A stretch of 64,000 nucleotides of DNA from positions 79,300,001 through 79,364,000 of the forward strand of contig NC_045696.1 of the NCBI RefSeq assembly GCF_009834535.1, written 5' to 3'. Position numbers and translations under genes: made by a program. Below the pieces are notes generated by a model, which ran no database searches, had not been told where the DNA came from, and saw nothing but the letters and a program-made list of their open reading frames with translations. The first letter of the stretch is position 1; each line of letters begins with the position of its first letter. This document shows positions 1 to 10,350 of this stretch, one piece after another. This DNA comes from Camelus ferus (lineage: Eukaryota).

Positions 1-229
1 ATCTATGTGTGACCCAATAGAGATTTCCTCCAAGGAACAGGAAATAGTCCATCAAGTGGGCTGAAAGGCACAGTAGGAAAAAAAAGAAGTTGCTTTATGA
101 TTGATATAATAAGTCATTATCTCCATCACTGATTCTACTCAGTAAAGTGGAATTTTATGCCGAAAAAGAACACCATCCAAAAATATGTATGTATAGGAAA
201 GGAAGAAACAGCATTTTCAAAATCTGTAA

Positions 230-715
230 GAAATATTAGCATTTACACAGATGACTTAATACAATCAATGTCAAACTGTAAGAATGAATTCAATGTGTTT
301 GACACATAAAAACCAAAAGCTTTCAAGTATGACAATAATGAGCAATCAGAAAATATTATAAACAAAAGGGTCCATTCATAATAGTAACCAAAACTATAAG
401 CTACACTTAAAAATATTTAAATGCATTATAGATAAAGGTATTAACTTACTAATGTACAAAAAACAAAAAAAAAAGCAAAGAAAAAGGTGCAGAATGATGT
501 GTTTAAAATGTTTTAAAATATACATAAAATGCTCTTGCAATATCCTTGAGTAGGCATGTAAATAAACAGAAAATGATGGCAGATATACTGATTACAGTAT
601 TTTCTGGGAATGGAATGGAGATTGGATAAGAGTTAGGGAGATTCTAACTTTATCTTTAGAGTTTGCATGTTTATAATCACAATATAGTCATTTTTTTGTA
701 ATTATAATTTTGCAA
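230..715 (+). mobile_element. Highly decayed old LINE-1 (L1M-type) ORF2/3' fragments
   Basis: A-rich strand with remnants such as 'catttacacagatgac' (FADD-like region) and 'ccattcataatagtaaccaaaactataag', typical of L1 ORF2; boundaries approximate. Confidence 0.45.
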
Positions 716-773
716 AGCTAAACTAGAATAAAGAGATTATACAGTTCTGAATGTCTGAATGCACTGATTTGTT

Positions 774-790
774 AAGAAATATGAATTTAA
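774..790. repeat. Left copy of 17-bp target-site duplication AAGAAATATGAATTTAA
   Basis: Identical 17-mer at 774-790 and 1880-1896; preceded by TT (TT/AAGA, L1 endonuclease-like site). Confidence 0.9.
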
Positions 791-1020
791 GGGGACTTTA
801 ATCTTGCTAAAAACTTGGAAGGAGGGGTCCCCTGAAGACCAGCTGCAGCCAAAATGGAAGGGATTATATCAGGTATTAATGAGCACCCCAACTGCCGTTC
901 AGCTACGAGCAATTGCTAGTTGGGTACATCTGTCCAGAATAAAACCTGTAATTTATAAACCCCAACAGGAGCCAGGAGAGACCTACACTTGCTAGGCAAT
1001 ACAAGAACTCAGGTATCCTG
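791..1020 (+). pseudogene. pol: ERV pol C-terminal fragment (integrase C-terminal/GPY-F-like region)
   Basis: ORF 804-995 LKTWKEGSPEDQLQPKWKGLYQVLMSTPTAVQL...SWVHLSRIKP matches the class I ERV integrase tail pattern (PxWKGPYxVLLxTPTAVK..WIHxSRVK); similarity appears to continue past a TAG (TYTC*AIQELRY). Confidence 0.88.
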
Positions 1021-1386
1021 AGGCGGTGATTACAAATGTTTAACCACGCCTTTGAAGTCTTTTGTCGTTACAGACTGTCAGACTGCTGTTACAAAGGTGC
1101 TTCATCTTTAAGAAAATTCATCAAAAGTCAATAAAAACAGTGGGTTACAGCAGCCCCACATCAGATAATGGCTGTGTGAGGATTCCAGCCCACACCCTCA
1201 GCCCTCAGATGCAAAAACAAAAAGCTGGCCTGCCCCTGAGGCCCCTAGATTAGACATTCAGAGATTTTTTTACTCCCTGATAGGCAGGGTCAACGCCTCT
1301 ACTCAGCCAGTAAGCAGCTCCAGAAGATGGACCTTCGCCCCTCTGCACCCCCATAAGATTATGGGAGTAAAATCTTTGAGGGGGGA

Positions 1387-1861
1387 TAAGACAGGAAGGG
1401 GGCAGGGCACAGCCATTCAAGGAATGCTACAGCAATTAACATCAAAATGGTGAAAGGTTCAACCCCCAGAATGCCTTGAGGCTCAGGATGATGAGAGATT
1501 TTGAGCTTCATTATACGCCCATTGTAATATATTAACATGGTGAATAACACGCCCACAGGCACCAGGGAAGTCCCAAGGCTAGTCACAAAAGGCCACAGAG
1601 TGGGAAATGGCCAACTTCCTGGGAATCCCAGCCCCTTCCCCGGGCTACTTAGACCTGTCCTTCCACTTAATTAGCATATGAAGCCACTAAGCCCATAAAA
1701 ACTATCCACAGGGCACCTCGAGGCTGCCTCTCTCTCTCCATTCAGCCTACACTCTGTCTATGGAGTGTGTACCTATTTTCAATCTGAACACCCAACCCCC
1801 ACACCTCGTGGCCTTTCTCTTGCCTTTCAATGTATCTCCCTGAATAAATCTACCTTTACTC
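1387..1861 (+). mobile_element. ERV 3' LTR, U3+R portion only (no U5)
   Basis: Starts right after the polypurine tract (taagacagg, probably decayed TGAGA...), TATA-like CATAAAAA at ~1694-1701, AATAAA 1843-1848, terminates 13 nt later into the A-tail. Confidence 0.8.
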
Positions 1862-1879
1862 AAAAAAGAGAAAATAAAA

Positions 1880-1896
1880 AAGAAATATGAATTTAA
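1880..1896. repeat. Right copy of 17-bp target-site duplication AAGAAATATGAATTTAA
   Basis: Exact match to 774-790, directly after the A-rich tail. Confidence 0.9.
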
Positions 1897-3909
1897 ATAT
1901 ATAAGAAAATTTGATTTTGTGTAAATTTGAAAAGCACAATATTTATAACTTTGCTCTATTCTGTTTTTAAACAAAGTACCTTCTAAAATTTTATTACTCA
2001 ATATGAGAAGATATGAACAAATTTGATTTTTACTTCATTATAATGAAAAGCATTCTTTCAAATTAAAAATATTGTCTACTGTACACTACTTAGGGTGAAA
2101 ATAAATTAGTCAAAACTTTGACATCTACATAAGGGAAAATTAAAATGAGTCAATAATCTTTTGAATCTCTTCTCTGAAGCACACATTTATTTGACTAATA
2201 AAAATGTACCACAGATATTTTTCCCTCTCTGGTCAATAGTAATGATCGGTATATTTGTCAAAGTGAACTATAGAATTTTTGGAAATAAGATTACACTTTT
2301 CTGGTTTTTGGTAAAATTCAAGACTGAAAAGACTGAAAGTTAATTATAACATGTTAACGTTTGAATGCTCAGCTATTTAAAGATGTGCATATAAATATGT
2401 ATGTGTGTGTATATGTATAGAATTATAATATTTAAATTTGTTTCCCCATCTTTTTCCTCAAAGGATTCTCATTCTTACAATACAGCATCTACAAAATAAA
2501 TGTGTTTCATAAATATCAAAATTTATTTTTAAAATTTAAATCAGGTGTAAACATTCAGACTAACAAGTTTAATGTTGTTACCTTTTTTTTAAACAATATT
2601 GAGTTCTTGTAGGGTAAGGTATTAATAATATTTCAGATTCTAGAGTCCTGTAAAAGGCTCAATAACTATTTGAAAGACATGAATGGAGAAATGAATGAAG
2701 CTCAAATTATCCAATTACTAGCTTTTATTTTTAAAATACAATGTCACGCATAAACCTTGTACAACTCAAGTCCTCAGTTTTTCCCTTAAGTTCTTATTTA
2801 TTTAAGGAGTATTCCTTTAGCCCATCAACTGAAAATGAAGGAGTTCAAAGTGGCCATGTAGGAAGACCTTAAACTCACCTCTTCCCTTGGATGCAACACA
2901 TTTATAGCTACCTATTTTTTCTCTGAAAGAGAATAATTTTTCTCTGAAAAGGACCTGAGGAGAAAATGAACAGTGCCTCTACAATGAAAAACAAAAGATA
3001 TGCATCAAGAAGGGTAGGAGAGTCAGAGACATACCCTTACTCAGACCCCACCCCAGATGGGGTGACCTCATAACTAGGAGGGATCCCCAAAATAGAGAAC
3101 TCTCCCTCTAGGACTGAAAGAATTATGTCCCACATGAAACACCCAAATCTGAGAAGCTGAGACTAGAAAGATGAGCTTCCAAAAGGTCTGGTTTTGAAAA
3201 TCAAGAGATTTTGACAAGGAGAATCATAGCCTGATAGGGAAGAGAAATCTTGGTGTTAAAGGGCTTATGTTCAAATCCACTGGCCCTGAGAAGCTCCTAT
3301 ACCATAGGTGAGGGAGACACACTTACTAATTTTAAAGCAGCTGTCAGACAATTAGGGACCAGCAGGGACTTTATCTGAGGATGAAAGCACTGATAGATGT
3401 CATTTTTACAATCTCATCTTAATTTGCTGGTTATGGAGCCTACAACTGCCATTGTTGGTGTCCCCTCTCTAAGTCTTCTAGCACTGGAGGGAGAGCTATG
3501 CCCATCCCACATCACAACCAGGCAGAATGAGTGCCCTGAGCTCTACCCTCCCAGTAGCTGAGCTTCAACTGGGCCAGGCAAATATCCAAGCCCTGCCTAC
3601 CCTATGTAAAAACCTAGCTGTAACCAGACAAGTGACTTGAACTCCATCCTGATGCAATGACTGTGCCACTAATCTGGCTGGGAGAGTGCCCTGAGCCCCT
3701 GCCTCCCTGCACAGCAGTCATGGCCCTCTCAGCCAGTGGATCCATCTAACCCACATGAGGGATGTCCATAGAGTTCCTAGCTCTGGTGGCCAGGGCAGAT
3801 TGTTCTTCTGGGCTACACAGATCAGCTCCTATATAGACAAATCCTTCAAGACTGAGAGCGGTCACCATTTCAGCTAATACATATAAACAGACACAAAGAG
3901 ACAGGCAAA

Positions 3910-4791
3910 ATGAGACAGAGAAATACATTTTAAACCAAACAACAAGGCAAATTCCCAGAAGAAGACTTTATGTAATGGAGATAAGCAACCAATCTTATAA
4001 AGAGCTCAAAGTAATAGTTATAAAAATGCTCAGCATTCTTGAGAGAAAAATGGATGAACACAGTGAGAACTTCAACAAAGAAACAGAAAATATAAGAACA
4101 TACTAATATAAATTATAACTGAAGTGAAAAATAAAGTAGAGGGGTTCAACAGCAAAATGGATGAAGTAGAAGTACAAATCATGGAGCTGCAAGAGGAAGC
4201 AATGGAAAAACACCCAGACAGAGCAGCAACATGAAAAAAAAGAAAAGAAAAGAAGTGGAGATACATTAAGGGATCTCTGAGACAACATCAAGTGGAATAG
4301 CATTTACATGATAGGGGTCCCAGACAGCGAAGAGAGAGAAAAAGGACCAGAGAAATTATTTGACAAAATAGTGGCCAAAAATGTCCCTAATCAGGGAAAG
4401 GAAACAGACATCCAGGTTCAGGAAGCCCAGAGAGTTCAAGACAAGATAAACCTACAGAGAAACACATCAAGAAACACTATGATTAAAATGGTAAAATTAA
4501 GAATAAAAAAAGAATCTTAAAATAAGCAAGTGAAAATCAATTTATTATGTACAAGGGAAACCCAATAACATTTTTTGCAGATTTCACAGCAGAAACTTTA
4601 TAGGCCAGAAGAAAGCAGCATGACAGATTCAAAGTGCTGAAAGGAAAAAACTGCCAGCCAAGAATTTTCTCCTGGCAAGGTCATCATTCAGAACTGAAGA
4701 AGAGATTAAGAATTTCTCAGATAAGTAAAAGCTAAAGCAATTTATTATCAATAAATCAGCTTTACTGACTCTGTTAAAGGGACTTCTCTAA
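3910..4791 (+). pseudogene. L1 ORF1p remnant
   Basis: Fragment MIGVPDSEEREKGPEKLFDKIVAKNVPNQGKETDIQVQEAQRV is the L1 ORF1p RRM region; ends LKGLL*; multiple stops and frameshifts. Confidence 0.9.
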
Positions 4792-5266
4792 GCTAAAAAC
4801 AAATGACACTAAATAATAATTTATAAAGCATACAAAAGTAAAAATTTCAATGAAAAAGGTAAATAAAAAATAAAGGTAGTGGATCAATCACTTCTAAAGC
4901 AAGTATGAAAGGTAAAAGAGAAAAGTAGTAAAATTAAGTAAGATAATAATTACTACAGGGTACATAAAATAAAAATATATAAAATGTGTTATCAAACATA
5001 AAAAATGTGGCAGTGAAAGTAAAAATACAAAACTTTGGTAAGTGTTCAAAATTAAGTTATTATTAACTCAAAAAGGATGCTATGTACTTGAAATATTTTG
5101 CATGAACCTCATGCTAACCACAAAGAAAAAATTAGAATAAATACACAAAAGAAAATGAGAAAGGAATCTAAACATAACACTAAAGAAGACGATCAAATGA
5201 CAATAGAAGAGAGACAGAGAAGAAACAGAGAGAAACTACAAAAACAGCCAGAGCATAATTTACAAA

Positions 5267-8200
5267 ATGGCAATAAGTACATATCAATCAATAATTACTT
5301 TAAATGTAAATGGACTAAACTCTCCAAACAAAAGACATAAGATGGTTGAATGAATAAGAAAATGAGATCCTTCTGTATGCTGCCTACAAGATTGACTTTA
5401 AACCCAAAGCCACTCACAGGCTGAAAGTGAAGGGATGGAAAAAGATATGCCATGCAAATGGACACAAAAATAAAGCTGATGTAACAATACTTAGAGAAAT
5501 GGACTTTAAAACAAAGACTCTAACAAAAAAAAAGGAATTACATAATGATAAGAGAGTATTACATAATGATAAATGTAAACATTTTTGCACACAACATAGG
5601 AGCACCTAAATATTTAAAGCAAATATTAATAGGATTAAGGGGAGAAACTGACAGTAATACAGTAATAGTAGGGATCTTTGACACCCAATTACATTAATGG
5701 ATATTTTAACCATATAGAAAATCAATAAAAAACCTTGGTCTTAAATAACACATTAGATCAGATGCACTAAATTAATGTGTACAGAAAATTCCATCCAAAA
5801 CAGTCAAATACAAATACTATTCAAGTGCACATGGGACATTTTTCCACAATAGATCACATAATTAGACCACACATGCACACAAAAAAAAACTCAGTAAATT
5901 TAAGAACATTGAAATCATATCAAGCATTTCTTACCATAATGGTATAAAAGCAGAAATCAATTATAAGAAGAAAACCAAAAAAAGCACAAACACATGGAGA
6001 CTAAACAACAATAAACAACCAGTGGGTCAATGAAGAAATCAAAGAGGGAATCAGAAAATATTTCAAGACAAATGAAAGTGAAAACACAATGTATTAAAAT
6101 ATTTGGGGTTCAGCAAAAGCAGTTCTAAGAAGGAATTTCATAGCAATGCCTGCTTAACTGAAGAAACAAGAAAAATCTTAAGTAAGTCTAAATGACATTT
6201 AAAGGAATTAGAAAAAGAAGAACATATAAAGCCCAAGTTAGTAGAAGGAAGGAAATAATAAACATGAGAGTGAAAATAAATAAAATCAAACCAAAAAAGA
6301 AAGAAAACATCAATAAACCTAAGAGCTAATTATTGAAAAGACAAACAGAATTGACAAACTTTAGCCAAAGTCATCAAGAAAAAAAGAGAGCCAAAATAAT
6401 CAAAATTAGAAGTGAAATAGTAGAAATTATAACCAATACCACCACAGAAATACAAAGTAACATAATAGAAAACTATATACAAGGATAATTCAACAAATTA
6501 GACAACCTAGAAGTAATGGATAAATTCCTAGAAACATATAATCCTCAAGACTAAATCATGAAGAAATAGAAAATCTTAACAGACCAATTACTAGTAATGA
6601 AATTGACTCAGTAGAAAAACAAACAAACAACAACAAACCTCCAAACAAACAAAATTCCAGGTTCAAATGGCTTCACATGTGAATCTATCCAATATTTTAA
6701 AAAGAGGTAATACTTATCCTTCTCAAATTATTCCAAAAAATTGAAAAGAAACACTTCCAAATTTCCAAAATTTTACAATGCTGCCATTACCCTGATACCA
6801 AAAGCAGTCTGAGACACTGAAAAAAAAAAAAAAAAGGAAAAAAGAAAAAAAGATAGGTCAATATCCCTGATGAACATAAATACAAACATCTCAATAAAAT
6901 ATTAGCAAACAAAATATAATAATACATTTAAAAAGATCATACACCAAGATCAAGTGGGATTCATTCCAGGGATGCAAGGATGGTTAACATCTACAATCAA
7001 TCAACATGATACCCCATACTGACAAAATGAAGGATAAAAATTATATGATCATCTCAATAGGTACAGAAAAAAACATTTGACAAAATTTACATTCATTTAT
7101 GATAAAATGTATCAACAAATGGGTACAGAGGGAACATGTCTCAACATAATAAAGGCCATATATGACAAATCCACAGCTAACATTATTATACTCAGTGGTG
7201 AAAAGCTGAAAGTTTGTTCTCTAAGATGAGAAATAAGACAAGGATGCTCACGTTCATCACTTTGATTCAACATAATATCAGTAGTCGTAGCCACAGCAGC
7301 CAGAAAAAGAAAGAAAAGATACTCAAATTGGAAAGGGAAAAGTACAACTGTCACTATTTGCAGATGACAATATTATATATTAAAAATAATCCTAAAGACT
7401 ACACTAAAAAAGCATTAAATAAATTCAGTGAAGTCTCAGAATACAAAATTAATATACAGAAATATGTTGCACTTCTATACACCAATAATCCATCAGAAAG
7501 AAAAATGAAGAAAACAGTCTCATTTACAACTGCATCAAGAAGAATAAAATACCTAGGGATAAATTTAACCAAGGAGGTGAAAGTCCTGTACTCTGAAAAC
7601 TATGAGAGATTAATGAAAGAAATTGAAGATGACACAAATAAATGGAAAGACAGTCCATGGTCATGGATTGCAAGAATTAATATTGTTAAAATGTCCATAC
7701 TGTCTCCAAACAATCTAAAGATATGATGTTATCTGTATAAAATTCCAATGGCAATTTTCACAGAAATAGAATAAATAATCCTAAAAATTTTATGAAACCA
7801 TGAAAGACCCCAAATAGCCCGAACAATCTTGAGAAAGAAGATCAAAGCAGGAGGTATCATGCTCCCTGATTTCAAAATAAACTACAAAGTCATATAAATC
7901 AAAACAGGACAGTACTCATTCAAAAACAGACACACAGATAAATGGAACAGAGTAGACAGCCCAGAAATAAACCCAGGAACATACGGTCAATTAATCTACA
8001 ATAAAGGAGGCAAGAATAAACAATAGGGGAAAAGACAGTTTCTTCAATAAGTGATGTTGAGAAAACTGGACAGCTATTTACAAAAGAATGAAACTGAACC
8101 ACTTTCTTGCACATAACAAACAAGCAAACAAACAAAACTCAAAATGGATTAAAAACTTAAATGTAAGACCTGAAACCATAAAACACCTAGAAGAAAACTT

Positions 8201-8917
8201 AGGCAGTATACTCTTTGGCATTGGTCTTAGAAATATTTTTTGGATATGTCTCTTTAGGCAAGGGCAACAAAAGAAAAAATAAACAAATAGGAATACATCA
8301 AACAGCCAAGGAAACCATCAACAAAATGGAAAGGAAACCTTCTGGATGGGAAAAGATATTTGCAAACCATGTGTCAATAAGAGATTGATATTCAAAATAT
8401 ACAAAAAACATATACAACTCAATATATTAAAAAATACAATCTATTAAAAATGCACAGAAGAACTGAACAGACTTTTTTTCAAAGAAAACATGCAGATGGC
8501 CAACAGGTATATGAAAAGGTGCTTAGAAGCACTAATTATCAGAGAAATGCAAATCAAAACCACAGTGAGGTACCACTTCACACCTGTTAGAATGGCTATT
8601 ATCAAAATGATATGAAATAACAAGTGTCGGTGAGGTCGTGGAGAAAAGGGAAGCCTTGTGCACCGTTGGTGGGAATGTAACTTGGTACATCCACTGTGAA
8701 AAACAGTATGGAGTTTCCTCAAAAATTTAAAAATATAACTATCCTATGATCTAGCAATTCCAATTCTGGGTATTTATCTGAAGAAAACAAAAATACTAAT
8801 TCAAAAACATATAAGCATCCCTATATTCATAGCAGCATTACTTACAATACTCAAGATACGGACACAACCTAAGTGTATGTTATAGATGAATTGATAAAGA
8901 AAAAGATGTGATTATTC

Positions 8918-8950
<33 letters not shown>

Positions 8951-9104
8951 TATGTATATAATGGAGTATTATTCAGTCATGAAAAATAATGAAACCTTGC
9001 CATTTGCAATAACATGGATGGACCTAGGTGGTACTATGCTATGTGAAACAAGTCAGACAAAGAAAGAGAAACACTGTGTGATTTTACTTATATGTTAAAT
9101 CTAA
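5267..9104 (+). pseudogene. L1 ORF2p remnant (APE endonuclease + reverse transcriptase + C-terminal region)
   Basis: Starts MAISTYQSIITLNVNGLN; KGWKKICHANG; RT motif LFADD at 7354-7368; [13 protein letters not shown]...[20 protein letters not shown]; many disabling mutations. Confidence 0.93.
8918..8961. repeat. (TA)n(CA)n microsatellite inside L1
   Basis: Direct reading. Confidence 0.9.
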
Positions 9105-9223
9105 AAACAAAACAGGTACAGACTCATAGATACAGAGAACAAACTGGTGGTTGCCATAACAGAGAGGGGTCAAGGGATGGGTGAAACAGGTGAAGGGGAT
9201 TAAGAGTTAAAAAATTCCTCCTA

Positions 9224-9268
9224 CACAACACTGTAAAATGATTATAAATCAATAAAAAAATGTTAAAA
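9224..9268 (+). mobile_element. Extremely 5'-truncated younger L1 3' terminus nested in the old L1 3'UTR
   Basis: 'cacaacactgtaaaatgattataaatcaataaaaaaatgttaaaa' flanked by near-identical 14-mers aaaaattcctccta (9210-9223) and aaaacttcttccta (9269-9282). Confidence 0.75.
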
Positions 9269-9689
9269 AAAACTTCTTCCTATAAAATAAATAAGCTACA
9301 AGAACTTAATGTACAGCATAGGGAATATAGTCAATAATATTGTAATACCTTTGTATGGTGATAGATGGTAATTACACTTATGGTGACATTTTGTAATGTA
9401 TAAAAATATCAAATCACTATGTTGTACACCTGAAACTAACATGATATTGTCTGTCAATTATAATTCAATAAAAAAATTGAAATGAGTGAATTTACCATTG
9501 CTCTGCAGTCAAGAAAAACTGCTCTACAGTTTTCTAGAATTATGATATGCCTCAATGTGCTCAAATACCCTAATCATCATGACTGCATTTAAGTTTATAG
9601 ATTTGTTTTTAAATGATGGCATATGATTGCAAAATTAAGATGAGTCACAAAGATAATGAAGTTCCTCATTTTCTATTCAGTTTAGAAGA

Positions 9690-9990
9690 ACCTACTATGC
9701 ACAAAATTGTGCTAACTATTCTCCATATGCTTACAGATCTCATCATATTATGGGAAGATAGACATGGAGACAATTTTAAAATCAGGATGATTGAAATGAA
9801 TGAGAACAGCAAACTACTATGGGAAGGAAGTGCAAGGGGAGATTCAATATTTCTGTGCAGTCTAAGTGAAGGCTTCTTTGATGAAGTGCAATTGAGGTGA
9901 AACCTGAAGAATCATAGGGATTTTGAGAGGTGAAACACAAGGAAGTCCACTGCAAGTTGAGGAATCAGCTTGAACAAAGGAGTGAGCAAA
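9690..9990 (-). mobile_element. L2 fragment
   Basis: 'gaaggcttctttgatgaagtgcaattgaggtgaaacctgaagaatcataggga...gaggaatcagcttgaacaaagg' resembles reverse L2 3' region. Confidence 0.45.
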
Positions 9991-10134
9991 TGAGTTTTCC
10001 TTTGTAAACTGAATGAACTCCAAGTTCAGTTCTGAATGGCTATGTTACTGGCAGTATGTTTTCTGATTCACAGACTGCACTGTAAAGACTGTATATAAGT
10101 GGCAAAATGAAAACATAGCAAACTGTTTTCTTCA

Positions 10135-10350
10135 CTTTATTGAGCACTTACTATATGTTTGTTCCAGCACATGCAGTATCATGATAAATCTCCTAAAAGG
10201 TTTCTGTGGGAGGAACACTGCCATTTCTATTTCATAGATGAGGAAACTGAGACGGAAAAGTCAACTTGTTTGTCTCAAGTTGTATTTCTTGTAAGTGGTG
10301 GACTAGAGCTGTGACTCAAGTGTCTGTCACTCTTTGATAAGATAAAGGCT
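10135..10350 (-). mobile_element. MIR SINE
   Basis: 'ttattgagcacttactat...catagatgaggaaactgagac' = reverse MIR core. Confidence 0.75.

Larger units (their letters stand above)
791..1879 (+). mobile_element. 5'-truncated, polyadenylated copy of an ERV1/gammaretrovirus-like transcript (pol end - short spacer - PPT - LTR U3/R - A-tail)
   Basis: Integrase C-terminal peptide, pre-LTR motif 'cagtaagcagctccagaaga', PPT gagggggga (1378-1386), LTR with AATAAA at 1843-1848, A-rich tail 1862-1879, flanking 17-bp TSD. Confidence 0.88.
2839..9476 (+). mobile_element. Full-length, inactivated LINE-1 (5'UTR, ORF1, ~0.48 kb spacer, ORF2, L1MA9-like 3'UTR, AATAAA/A-tail)
   Basis: 5' start resembling 'ggagttcaagatggcg..taggaagac..aactcacctc'; ORF1 and ORF2 remnants in order; 3'UTR ending 'gttgtacacctgaaactaac...gtcaattataattcaataaaaaaa'. 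Confidence 0.95.

Noticed and set aside
804..995. 63-aa ORF as a functional gene
   Set aside because: Non-ATG start, only the tail of a 5'-truncated ERV integrase, ends at a premature TAG.
7214..7726. Longest ORF (170 aa) as a host gene
   Set aside because: Frameshifted piece of L1 ORF2; no intact RT.
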